This document shows, in pieces, positions 34,832-46,083 of a DNA stretch of 64,000 nucleotides (the first letter of the stretch is position 1; every line of letters begins with the position of its first letter). Made by a program: the position numbers and the translations under genes. Source of the DNA: Lepidodermella squamata (taxonomy: Eukaryota; Animalia; Gastrotricha); NCBI GenBank assembly GCA_047495785.1, contig JBLDXI010000012.1, positions 1,116,001-1,180,000 of the forward strand, written 5' to 3'. Under the pieces are notes generated by a model that was not told where the DNA came from, did no database searches, and saw only the letters and a list, made by a program, of their open reading frames with translations.

Positions 34832-37805
34832 ATGACTGCGGTGGTGAGTAATACAGCTCCATTTCGAGACCGCCAAAACTCGACGGCGCCACCGCCGACG
34901 GCTGTGTTTCGAGACCGCCAAAACTCGACGGCGCCACCGCCGACGGCTGTGTTTCGAGAGCGACAAAACTCGACATTGGGGGTGAACAACAACAATAACA
35001 ACAACAATGGCGCCGAAATTAGAGATCGAAAAAATTCATCATTCATAAATAATGAACAGCGCTCACGTTCGCCGGATCCGGAATCGTCGCTGAACAACAC
35101 TCAGGTATATTACCTCATTGTTATTTTCCCAAATTAGCCAAAAAAATCTGTGAGAAAAACTATAGCATTATTTTTCATCCATTTTTTGTTTCAAAATGAG
35201 GCTAATATCAGGTAATTCAGCTGTAACTTTTCATGAAAACGTAACAGTGAGATGCTACCAAAAGGTTACAATTGATTTTTAATCATTTTTTTTAATTATT
35301 TTTCTGATCTGTTTGCAGGAGCAGATTCTCGTCCCGCGGCCGAAAACCATGTTGGAAAGGCGGCGCGTCAAATTTGCTCTGGAGACTAAACCTGAAAATC
35401 AGCGACTTTTCATATCATCTGCACGTAAGAAAATGCAAAACTTGCACGATCTATTGGATACGGATAAAACCTATGAGCTTTATGTGGCACTGGCTTCGCG
35501 AGTGATAACAGACGTCGAGCAACGCGACCCCGTGAGTCACCTGACGCCGCTGAACAAGGTCTGCTGCGGATTGCCGTCGTGGGACGTGCGTAAGCGCCAT
35601 TTATGGATGAAGATTTTCATCAAATTCGGCGCTAACTTGAATGCGATTGATGATGAGGGTCGTACGATTTTGGCGCAGTTGATTTTGGCCGAAAAAGAGG
35701 AATTATTTTGCCTGCTGGTCGAGGCCGATTTGAAAGCCACGCTGAATTTTACGCTCATCGATAAGGATGGAAATAATCTTCTGCATTTGGCGGCTTATCA
35801 TTGGCTCAAAAAAGCAACGAAGGTGCGTTTAAAAAATTATTAACAATTTCCATCTTTCGAAAATTAATTATTTTTTGTAATATTTTGATCGCAAAGAAAA
35901 TTAGCGCAGATATCATAATTTCTTCAAATGGGGGTCTAAATATTTGCGCCGCTAAATTTATGCTTCCTGGCAATAAAAATAGGGTCACACCATTATCGGA
36001 AATCGGAACCAAATTAAAGAATTTTTCGCCCTAAATCACCCTTTCTGAATTTTCTGTAATTTCAAGATTGATTCTATAAATCCAAGTCTTATACAGAAAA
36101 CCAGGGAGAATTTTAAATCAATTTATTTTGATTTTTTCTTAATAAATCTGGAAATTTAAAAAAAAAATGAGCAAATAGAGTTTTAAGCGAGTTAATTATT
36201 TGAAATTTTGTTCCACTAGCAATTTTTAGTTCCGCTAAAAGTAAGACCTCTAAAAATCGCTCCGATTCTTTGCGATTTGACTGTCTCTCTTTTCTTAATC
36301 CGCCCGCTTGACCCTGCGATTTTTTTAGATGCCTGGTACCAGGTAACATCAGCTAGTAATGAAAATTTTCAATCTTGGCTTTTAAGACTGTTGATATCGG
36401 AAAAATCACTGATTTGTAAAATCGATACTTGGAATCGATATTGTCTCTGCACGCTGAATTATTACTCGTAAGCTGACTGGTTATCGCGCAAAATTAGTAA
36501 AAAGATCTATCGGTTTGGCATGATAAAGAAAAGTTCAGATCCTATGTGAGAAACTTTAAAATAAACCATAATCATCTACCCAAAATATTGTGCTGGGAGC
36601 CTCAAATTTTAGTGTGAACTCTGAGGTGTCACCAAGTCTCACCAAGAATTTCAAGCATTTTTCGAGAACATTACAAATTGCGCGGATTTATACGACAATT
36701 TTCTTCGATTTTATCGGTCAGTCATAAAAAAATTGCGTAATTCTAGAACGTGTTATGTTTCATGAAGTATGGAAATACTTATGCGTTTATGTGAAATCCC
36801 ATAAAATTATTCTAATTTTTATTATTTTTCACGTTGAAATGTAAATTTATCACACTTCAGATAATATTGGCGCGAACTGCGGGTTACGGCACTCCTCTGC
36901 ATGAAGCGTACAACAATACAGGCCAAACGGCGTTAATGATCGCGTGCGAGAACGGCGACATTGCGCTGGCTTGCGATCTCGTTGAAGCCGGTGCCGATTT
37001 GACGATTCGCGAGTCGAATTGCCGCTACGGCTCGCAGATGGCCATCGAAATAATGGCAACAACGCTGTTGCGCAACGACATTCAACGCAAGTACACTATC
37101 GTAAACGACGACGGTATCAAAACTATTCTCGAGCGGCTAATCCGCCTTTCGTGTAAATACATGACGGCAGCCGGGCAGCTGGCTAAAATGGGCCGGCTAT
37201 TACGCTGGTGCGCCACGTCCGTGTTAGGCCAGGCGAAGGCGCGCCAACTCTGTGAAGAATTCCGCCCGAAACGCCCGCCGCAACTCCTCGTCTACAACGG
37301 CCCTATGCCGAAATTACTCGCGCCACCGTCGGCCCGCCAGCCGCGAAAATCAGCCTCCTCAAGCAATAGCAGCTCCGTAGCCAGCCCGGCTGAGCCGAAC
37401 GACGAGATGATGTTCAATTTGAAGGCATTTGATCTGCCACCTGAGGGTAACACTCAGCCGCGAGTTGGTGACGCAGCACCGGCGCCCGAGCAAACACAAC
37501 CGGCGTCTGTTGTCTATTCGCTGCTTGATATTTATTCTTTTATGTGGACGCCCGGCTGTACGGTGAATGCGCCAAAGTTGGCCGATCGCATCCGCCCGCA
37601 TGAGCATGCCTATTTGTTGAACGCGTGTATAGAACGGACGGAGGAGGATGGCGACTTGAATGCGAGTGACGGCGGGTCGCGCATGACGCACAGCCGCGCG
37701 TCCATTTTCGGCAAAGCCGGCAAACAGCTGAGCATGTTCAGCAGACTGAAACGAACCGCATCGAGCACGAAATTCAAAGGTCCAATTCCAGAAGGCACCA
37801 TGTAG
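34832..37805 (+). CDS. Ankyrin-repeat protein with an N-terminal RDRQNST repeat (at least 3 exons: 34832-35104, 35319-35822, 36861-37805)
   Basis: Motifs GANLNAIDDEGRTIL, DKDGNNLLHLAA and GQTALMIACENGDIALACDLVEAGADL, with GT-AG phase-0 junctions. Confidence 0.75.
34862..34974 (+). repeat. Coding 45-bp tandem repeat (2.5 copies)
   Basis: tttcgagaccgccaaaactcgacggcgccaccgccgacggctgtg starts at 34862 and 34907, with a partial copy at 34952. Confidence 0.9.
35929..36625. mobile_element. Family B element (reverse orientation) in an ankyrin gene intron
   Basis: ggggtctaaatatttgc and aaaatcactgatttgtaaaatcgatac.tggaatcgatat match the reverse complement of about 1326-1570. Confidence 0.6.
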
Positions 37806-37904
37806 TTCTCTCGTGATTGTTATTCAGAATTTTCAATAAATTTATTTGTTTTAACCTGGAAAAACCGCAGATTTCAAGAACTTTTGTTTTATTTATTTAA
37901 AAAA

Positions 37905-38144
37905 GCCGCTCTGAAAGCGACTGACCCCTCCGGAAGTGGCTCTAATTAAAGAACCACCAGGCCAGAACGTTCATCAACGGCCGCCTCGAGACTAGCTACC
38001 GGTGAAGGTCGCCGGGCTCGTGTGGCCAAGTTCGCGCTCAGGGCCAGTCACCACGCCTCGTCATCGCGGTTTGGGTTTGTCGTCAGATGAGGCTGACGTT
38101 GGGGCAAAACTTAATAAAGTAATGATCCCAAGAAGTATGATCTT
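37905..38144 (-). ncRNA. U3: U3 snoRNA (about 240 nt)
   Basis: The minus strand reads AAGATCATACTT (box A'), GGATCATT (box A), CCGC-GATGACGA (box C'), TGAGCGCGAA (box B), TTGATGAACGTTC (box C) and TCAGA-GCGG (variant box D plus terminal stem). Confidence 0.88.
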
Positions 38145-38189
38145 AAAATTGAAGTAGCAAAATTTTTTGAAAGGCCCTCTGCGATGTCG

Positions 38190-38221
38190 CATACAGCAAC
38201 CAGATAGATCATTTGCATATT
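38190..38221 (-). promoter_or_regulatory. U3 upstream element with a perfect octamer ATGCAAAT
   Basis: aatatgcaaatga lies at -77..-65, the same offset as in U6; there is no TATA at -30. Confidence 0.65.
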
Positions 38222-38470
38222 CACTGTTTTTACAGCAGCTGATAAAATAAAAAAAACACTGCAGACATAAAAAATCTTGTCAAGTGAATAGAGGGCCTTG
38301 TGGCCTTGTTTATTGGTTATTACAAAAATGCAGTAAAAAAAGTTGTAGTAATATAAAGCATAAATGCGAGCGCGGTTTGCACGAGTCGGAGACACATAGG
38401 AATCATAAGAAATTTAATACAACGATTGATTTTTCAGAGTCGGCGGCACAAAAGGCGAGTCACGGGTTGT

Positions 38471-39191
38471 TTACGCTTGAGCAGCAGCCGCGGCCGGAGC
38501 AGCTTTCTTCGTTGTCGCCTTCTTCGCCTTGGTCACCTTCTTCGCGGCCACCTTCTTCGGCTTCGCGGTCTTGACCTTCTTCGTCACGGCTTTCTTTGCC
38601 TTCTTCGCGCCGGCGGCTTTCGGCTTCTTCGCCTTGGTCGCTTTCTTCACGGTCTTCTTGGCCGTCTTTTTCTTCGCGACTTTCTTCGCCTAAAAATGAA
38701 AAAATAGTTAAATCGAAATTTTTAAATTTTTAAATGTAAATTTACCTTAGGCTTCTTTGCCTTCTTGACCTTCTTCGCCTTTTTCGGCTTTTTCGCCTTC
38801 TTGACCTTGGGCTTCTTCGCAACCAGAGGCTTATCGCCGACGCGGAACGAGCCAGAAGCGCCTTTTCCCTTGGCCTGGAAAGAAAAAAATTAAAAAATAG
38901 TTCGAGATATAGCAATTTTTTGCATACCTGTTTAAGAGCCTTGGCGGCGATCATGCGCTTGAGCGCGAGTTTAAGGTGGGCGTTGACGACCTTGGCGTCC
39001 TTGCCAACGTTGAAGTGAGCCAAAATGTATTTGGCGATCGCCTGGCGCGAAGAACCGCCGCGCTCCTTCAGCGCCTTGATAGCCGCAATGACCATCTCAG
39101 CGTATTTCGGGTGAGCGGCCGGCTTTTTCGGCTTGCTCGCTTTCTTGACGGCCTTCTTAGCCGGGGCAGCGTTAGCGACAGCTTCAGTCAT
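38471..39191 (-). CDS. Linker histone H1 (H1.0/H1-delta-like) with two introns
   Basis: HPKYAEMVIAAIKALKERGGSSRQAIAKYI..HLKLALKR / AKGKGASGSFRV with a K/A/P-rich tail; stop at 38471. Confidence 0.93.
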
Positions 39192-39958
39192 TTTTGCGGT
39201 AGAAAATCGGATGTGTGTGTATAAACGAATAAAGAGCGCGATAACGTATGAGTGTAGTCCAACCAGACGAAAGAATATTTCCTAGCATAATTTATACGTG
39301 CGTGGACGGACCTCGCCGTAGTGCGTCTAAATGTGTGTATAGTGCGCACGTGCATTGAGCTCACAACGGTTTTATCGTCCCTAGTAGCCTTAAAAAAATT
39401 CAAAAAATCGCCCTTCAGATAGTTTAACCTACATAAAAATTGGTATAATCACAATCCTCGATGAATTTCCTATCAAATGGTATAAAATATGTCATTTTTC
39501 AAATTATAGCCTCTCTTATATTACGACTCTTTTACGAAAATTTTATTTCTGCTTAAAATTATGCCGATTATATACGCTCGTGATAAATCTATTTCGAATT
39601 TTTAACAAATTGTTTTTATACCATTGGATGGGCCATTCATTCAGCTATCGGCGGGTGGCATTTTTATCGAAATAGTCCTTACGTAACTCGAGTTATAGGG
39701 CGCGGCGCGAAATGCGTCAAGAACTTTTCCAACGAGTGCCGCACGCACTTTTATGGCACGTGCATTAAGGCACGCTAACGGTTAGTTTTACCACAACACG
39801 GCTTATCGTTATATTTGAAATGAATATTTCAGAAAAATTGTTGACGCCATACATTTTATTGATAATTTTACTCAATTTAACAGCTGAATAGCGGTAAATT
39901 AAATAGCACAACAAACTAACAGAAAGTTTTGAGATCAGTTGGAGAATATTTTTTCAGG

Positions 39959-42611
39959 TTAATCATCACCAATTCGCTGAAATTCAGCCAATATTTTGTC
40001 AAAATCGTAAGCGCTCAGCTGCTCCAATAGCAAGTTAGTTTTGTTCGCTTTCAGCGGACTGCCGTTAAACTTGTGAGCATCGGCAAATAGATCAGTGTGC
40101 ATTCCTAAAACACGATGAAAATTTAAATAAATTTGAATAACAGGTCATAAATATAATTACTTTTCACAGTTTTCAGCATTTCTGGCCACTTGTTGTACTC
40201 GGCTTTTATTTCATCGGCATGTCGCATTATATCTCGGAATTCTTTCGACAGAAAATCCACGCTGCCATTTTCTTGAACAACCAATTCCTAGCAAAATTGC
40301 CAGAATTTCGACATACTTATAGATTCAATGAATTCACTCACTTTTATCGGCTCGATCAGCTTCATTTTCCTCGACAGCTCTAGCTGCTTTAGCATTAGAG
40401 GTTTCAGCAGTTTAAGCATAAATTCCACTGAATTATCGTCAATTTCTGCAAAAAAATCATGCTCATTCTCTGAAATCCGTCTGTTGCTTCGACTTACGAC
40501 AACGAACGTCGAGTTGCTTCTTCATTCTTGTCGCTTCTTTGGTAAGAAACTCTTTCAGCACACTAATAGTAGATATCGAATCCGATTTAAATTCTGCTTT
40601 TCCTTTGCAATAAACAGCTTTCAGTTGGGAACCGATGAGGACGGATTGAAATGTGAGGGTGACCTCGGTTTCACTTGGTGCATTTTCGGGCACTTCGGGT
40701 AGAGCAGAGAACACCCAAGCGTGCATTTCTGACAGAGTGAAATTTCCTGACAGAGTCAAAACATTTGTCGGTCGCGATTCGTCGAAGTCATGGACGCGTT
40801 GATGCAGGGACAATGGCTTGATTCGGTATTCAAACATTCGGGCTGTTTTCGGGCAGATGCGACCGATGACTGTATTTCGAGGATAAAAAATAACTCATGC
40901 AAGCAATAAACAGTCATGCTCATACCATAAATTAACAAACGGCCGTAAAAGCCTTCAAACGTTCGTAGCTTAATTTCGATGCGCTGAGTTGCTGCTTGGC
41001 ATCTATACGTGGCCGATAAAACGGACGCTCGTTCAGTCCGCAGTAACTGATCAGATGAGTTCCTGAAACTCAAAATAGCTGAATTTCGATCGCCAGTATC
41101 GATCAAATCGAGCTGGGTGTCGCAATGTAATATCAAGCAGTCGAGAGGAACCTAAAATTAAACATTACATGCATGCAGGTAGTAATGAAATGGAATTTTA
41201 CTTGAGATTCAACTGATAGGAGATAACAGCCATCTTCCTTACTCAAAATTAGCTGGTCCTTTAGCGACAATTGAGCAGCAGTGAGCACCCCACCAGCGTT
41301 CATTGACTGAGTTGAGTTATTTACTTGCAGTGCTGGCTTTTTTGGATCATGTTCCGCACCACTAACATACTCGGCAGAATATTTGTCAATTTTCTCGATT
41401 TGACGCTGACTTGCTATTTTGACCTGTTGCTCGATATCGGCGATCTCTTTTTGAAGTTTTAGCACTTTCGACTTCATGTCTCGATCCAATTCAGCACGAC
41501 CAACTTGCGAAGTAATGGCCTTCGCTATAGATTGCTCAGTGCTAAAACCAACTACCCAGCCAGCGTACGTTCCACAAATAGCTTCCGCATGATCGCTATG
41601 CGAAATGTAACCACCGTCAACGGCAGAGACGCTTTCGTTCAGAACTGTAGAGAACTCAAGGACAGGCTTGAAATCGTTAGTCTCGTCGTAATCATATGCT
41701 TCAAATGATCCATCAGCCCTGCCTACAAGAATATTGTGAACTCCCTTCTTGAATAGGTCAAACGTTGACAGTGATACTATCGGGCTATTGCCTGAACATA
41801 TTTCTACCAACTGAGGTTTGCTCGATGTTGGTGAGTCGAAATCAAGCGTGGCCATTGCAAGCAATCCGTCATTGCAACCCACAAGAACGCCTCTTCCGAG
41901 TGGGCCACTGTAAAGTTGCAAAGCTGACGGCATCGCTTTCGCATTCAGCTGACTAATAACTCTTGAGTTATTTACAACTTGAATTGTTTTGTCTTCGCAT
42001 GCCACAACGGACCATAAATTTTCGTCTTTTCGAAGAGGCAAACAGACAACAGCAACAATGGTATCGTTACATCTGCGATAATCGGCTTCTTGACAATCAA
42101 CGAAATGATTATAGGTATAATTTCCGCACAGGACTAGATGTCTAGCCTCGACAAACATCGATTTGATCGACTCGGCAAGATTCGTACCAAATGTTAAAAA
42201 CTGCTTCCCCAGCTTTGAATAACCCTCCACGGTTGTTCCTCGAGCAACGAAAATCTTATCACGAGGGGAATCGCTGGGACCTCCAAGAGCTAGGCATTTG
42301 ATCGATTCTCCGGATGGTGTTTTAAAATTTGTCTGAATAATTAGAATTCGTTGCAAAAATACTTGAATCTGAAGCATTTCAAGAGATGACTTACCACAGC
42401 TTCACGTTTTTCAATCCTAAAACATTGCAATATCCCTGTGTCATCGCCGATAGCAACAGTTTGATGCTTTTCTTTATCCGACTTTTTCGGTAATACTTTC
42501 AAACAGCCGGCGTTAATGACGTTGACCTGAAGAAACATATAATTATTATCCTATAAGACGTTTGAGAATCAGAAACAATACCTGAGAATAATCGGTTCTG
42601 TTGAGACTCAT
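39959..42611 (-). CDS. BBS7: Bardet-Biedl syndrome 7 protein (BBSome subunit)
   Basis: Motifs MSLNRTDYSQV, GDDTGILQCF, GKQFLTFGTNLAESIKSM, YTYNHFVDC, ATYRCQA, YRIKPLSLHQRVH, FKSDSISTISVLKEFLTKEAT and MHTDLFADAHKFNG. Confidence 0.92.
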
Positions 42612-42694
42612 CTCGAGAAAAGAGACACTAGGTATGACCGCAAATCAATCGTCTTCAAATTCGAAACAACAAAAGCAGTCGGCGACTTCAAGAA

Positions 42695-42708
42695 GCTACC
42701 TGAGAAAC
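42695..42708. promoter_or_regulatory. Candidate RFX X-box upstream of BBS7
   Basis: GCTACC-TG-AGAAAC fits RYYNYY-N2-RRNRAC and lies about 85-100 bp upstream of the ATG, typical for ciliary genes. Confidence 0.55.
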
Positions 42709-43358
42709 ATCGAACTCTACTCCATCCGCAGGCCTGGCGCGCTAAGGACGCTTGGAATCATAATTATTTAAAATTTTCGTTATTATCTTATTAAATTGTT
42801 AATAATAAAACAATTTAGCAAGCACTATAATGTGTCATGAATTGGCGGTATTCTAATCCTCGTACTTCCTCGTATCAGGTTTTTGTTGGGAATCAACTTT
42901 CTCACCGGGTGTTTGTATAGACGTGCGAACTGCTAGCCTGTATCCGGCGTACGGCACACGGCCTACATGAGACATGAGACGCGCACTTAGTTTTTTCTTT
43001 TTCTAGCGCTTGCTACCAAATTTCTTGCTAGAACTTGAGAATGTTGAAGGGTTTCCATTTCCAGAATGCGCTCATTTCGTAACGAACTTCGGAAATATGT
43101 TGGAAATCGGTCCCATGTTAATTGGGCTTTTGGAAGTTTTTCTTAATAACTTTCGAATTCTAAATATTACGCAAATTTGGCCTCAGTTGGGCCAATTTCC
43201 AACCATTGCAAAGGTTGGACTAAGTTTTAAGGATTAGCTCCGATCGATAAAAGTTCAAATAACCCATTCCCAACAATGATAATTTCCGAGCTGTTTAATT
43301 CTTGCTGTTCTCATTTAGCGCTGATATGACGCAGCCATCATTGTAAATTTGAAAAATA

Positions 43359-45227
43359 ATGTTGGCACATTATGCTAGCGTATCGGGAGATTCGACTCAG
43401 CCGTTGGCCAAACCACCTATGATGGCCAAAAGCAAGTCAGCGACTTTGTTTGAATCGGCAGTCACGTCGAATGCGGATGCCAAGAAAAATGGATCTCAGC
43501 ACCATCCTGGTTCCTGCTCTCATCTCGCGGCTCTGCGCCTGCAGCGAGGTGCAGATTACTTGCTGGAGCAATATTCGATAATTATTCAGCACTTCGTTGC
43601 TTGCTGCTCACCTGCTGATCGTCGACGGCGGGCATATTCCGCTGTGTGCAGTGTTTGCCGTGAACGTAACCGGTTACATGTTTGTCTTCTTTGTGTTCAT
43701 TTGGCGTGCCATTCTCCAACACGTTCTCATATTCTGACCCATTCAACTTCAACTGATCATCGAATGGCCGTCGAACTTAGTTACGGCCAACTTTTTTGCA
43801 CTGACTGCAAAGATTACGTATATGATGCGGCGTTCAGCAATGTTTTGCATCAGTTCAACAACAGAGCGCGCGTTGACATTGGCCTACCGGCTGTAGCTCA
43901 GTCGTGGGAGCCAAACGAGGAAGAGATGGAGTTGTTGAAACAGCATCCGAAACGCAGAAAACTGAGCTCTCATTTGACGATTGGTTTGAGAGGATTGTTA
44001 AACTTGGGCTCGACATGTTTTCTCAACGCTGTCCTTCAGTGCCTCGTACACACTCCTTTCATTCGAGACTTTTTCCTATCAGAGCAGCACCGATGTTCTT
44101 CATCTGATAGTCAGTCTTGTTGTCTTGGCTGTGAAATCTCTTCGACTTTACGCGAGTTTTACTCTGGGGTCCAGCAGCCATACATTCCTTACCGTTTGCT
44201 GCATATCGTGTGGAAGCACGCGAAACATCTAGCGGGATACGAGCAGCAAGACGCGCATGAATTCTTCATATCTCTGCTGGATATCATGCACGAACATCTG
44301 ACTCGAAATTCGAAAAGCTCATCAACAAGCGGCGCATCTTCAACCTCGTCAAATTCGTCGACCTCGACGTCATCGTCGCCTTGCACTTGCATCATTCACA
44401 AGGTTTTCACGGGTTCGCTACAGTCAGATGTTACTTGCCATAAATGCAACTCACCTCGAACTACGATCGACCCGTTTTGGGACATCTCCCTCGACCTTCA
44501 TCAGTCGCCCATGTCTCCCGTGGCGCCGAACGCTGCAAGTACTAACCCGGCTGCTTCATCAGGTCTTTCATTGAAAGATTGCATTCAACGCTTCACGAAA
44601 TCTGAAAAACTGACCGGTGCGAAAATTGAGTGTAAGTATCAAATTTTTATGTTACTATTTTTATTTGGGTTTTTTCTGTCAGGCACTGTCTGTAGGACTT
44701 TCGAGGAGGATCTGTGGAGCAAACAGTTGACGTTCAAGCAGCTCCCTCTCGTCGTTTGCTTTCATTTGAAACGTTTCTACGGCAATGCTAACGGTTCTCA
44801 TCGCAAAATCTCCGACCCCGTTTCGTTCCCTCTCGATTTAGACCTGACGCCTTTCACGACGCAAGCAGCGGCCGCCAGTGCCAGCAAACAACCGACGGCC
44901 CCGTCGACCCCGGCGCAGGAAGCGCTGTACGCCGACAGTAATTCCTACGCCCTATTCGGTGTTGTTTCCCACTCGGGAACGCAAATCGATAACGGTCATT
45001 ATGTTTCGTATGTTCGTCAAAATAAGGACTGGTTCAAATGTGACGATCATCTAGTTACCCCGGTTAAGACCGCTGACGTGTTGTCTGTCGAGGGTTACCT
45101 GCTCTTCTACCATAAGAAGTTTATAGACTACAGTGGTAGCTCGTTATCATCGGCTTCTTCTACCAATTCGCTGATTTCGGGCTCGACTGTAACCGCGACT
45201 ACAACATCACTTGCCAACTCTAGCTGA
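43359..45227 (+). CDS. USP22: Ubiquitin-specific protease 22 / nonstop-like (SAGA deubiquitinase); probable in-frame intron at about 44632-44682
   Basis: ZnF-UBP (CTDCKDYVYD), GLRGLLNLGSTCFLN, HLAGYEQQDAHEFFI, TTIDPFWDISLDL, GHYVSYVR and EGYLLFYHK. Confidence 0.92.
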   Translation: MLAHYASVSGDSTQPLAKPPMMAKSKSATLFESAVTSNADAKKNGSQHHPGSCSHLAALRLQRGADYLLEQYSIIIQHFVACCSPADRRRRAYSAVCSVCRERNRLHVCLLCVHLACHSPTRSHILTHSTSTDHRMAVELSYGQLFCTDCKDYVYDAAFSNVLHQFNNRARVDIGLPAVAQSWEPNEEEMELLKQHPKRRKLSSHLTIGLRGLLNLGSTCFLNAVLQCLVHTPFIRDFFLSEQHRCSSSDSQSCCLGCEISSTLREFYSGVQQPYIPYRLLHIVWKHAKHLAGYEQQDAHEFFISLLDIMHEHLTRNSKSSSTSGASSTSSNSSTSTSSSPCTCIIHKVFTGSLQSDVTCHKCNSPRTTIDPFWDISLDLHQSPMSPVAPNAASTNPAASSGLSLKDCIQRFTKSEKLTGAKIECKYQIFMLLFLFGFFLSGTVCRTFEEDLWSKQLTFKQLPLVVCFHLKRFYGNANGSHRKISDPVSFPLDLDLTPFTTQAAAASASKQPTAPSTPAQEALYADSNSYALFGVVSHSGTQIDNGHYVSYVRQNKDWFKCDDHLVTPVKTADVLSVEGYLLFYHKKFIDYSGSSLSSASSTNSLISGSTVTATTTSLANSS

Positions 45228-46050
45228 TAATTATTAGAAAAATGTTTGTTATTTAATATTTTTTCGCATTGTTTCAAGCACTTATTGCATGCTAGATATT
45301 GTTTGATGCGAAAATTTGTCGATTTTCCCATCAAATTCGTATTAGGTAAACTGTCTCAAACTAGTCGAGCTTGATAATAGCGTCTATCTATATATCAGTT
45401 GCCAGTGAAGTTGACAAATAATCCTCCTTAATTCTTTCAGCAACGTATCTGTTGATCTTCTCGTCTTTTCATTTGCTATGTGTTTGAAGAAAATAATTAT
45501 TTGAAATCTCGTCTTCTTGCCTCTCCCGTGTGTCCCGTAGGTGAGTTGTTCCAGCTTTATCGTGAACCGGAAATTCAACCCGAGTATTGGTAATTCTACT
45601 GTCGCTGCACGTTATTAACGTTATTATTGTTATATGGTTTCGAAAGACTAGCCGATATGGCTTCGCCTTTCAGACGTAATCACTACCTGTGAAAAATAAT
45701 ACTGAATTAAAATATTTGAACTGACACGGAAAGTAATAAAACTGTGAATGAGAACAGGCTGTTTTTTAGCACAATCACGTTTTTATTTCTTTTTTTTCGC
45801 AATTTCAATAGTCGTTTTTGAGCCAAAAAATTGTCAAATTCTCATCATTTCTCATCTTTTGCAAATGATATTAATTAATAATTATAAACAACTAGTATGT
45901 ACATAAGAGCTGCTTGCGTTTGTCGAAGAGGCTGCCTAGAGATTGTAACGATTCAGAAGAGGTCAGATCGATCGAGATAGCAGATTGTACAAAATATAAT
46001 CAGGTAGTTTAGAAAAACAAACACATAAATTCAGATATTTTACAAAGCAC

Positions 46051-46058
46051 TGAGGTAG
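46051..46058 (-). promoter_or_regulatory. let-7 8mer seed match (CTACCTCA) in the FREM1-like 3' UTR
   Basis: The plus strand reads TGAGGTAG, about 25 nt past the stop codon of the minus-strand gene. Confidence 0.35.
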
Positions 46059-46083
46059 AGGTCGAAAAAGGCAGTTTTTGCGT

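Noticed and set aside
39765-39775. TTAAGGCACGC resembling the miR-124 5' end
   Set aside because: The match stops after about 11 nt and there is no precursor hairpin.
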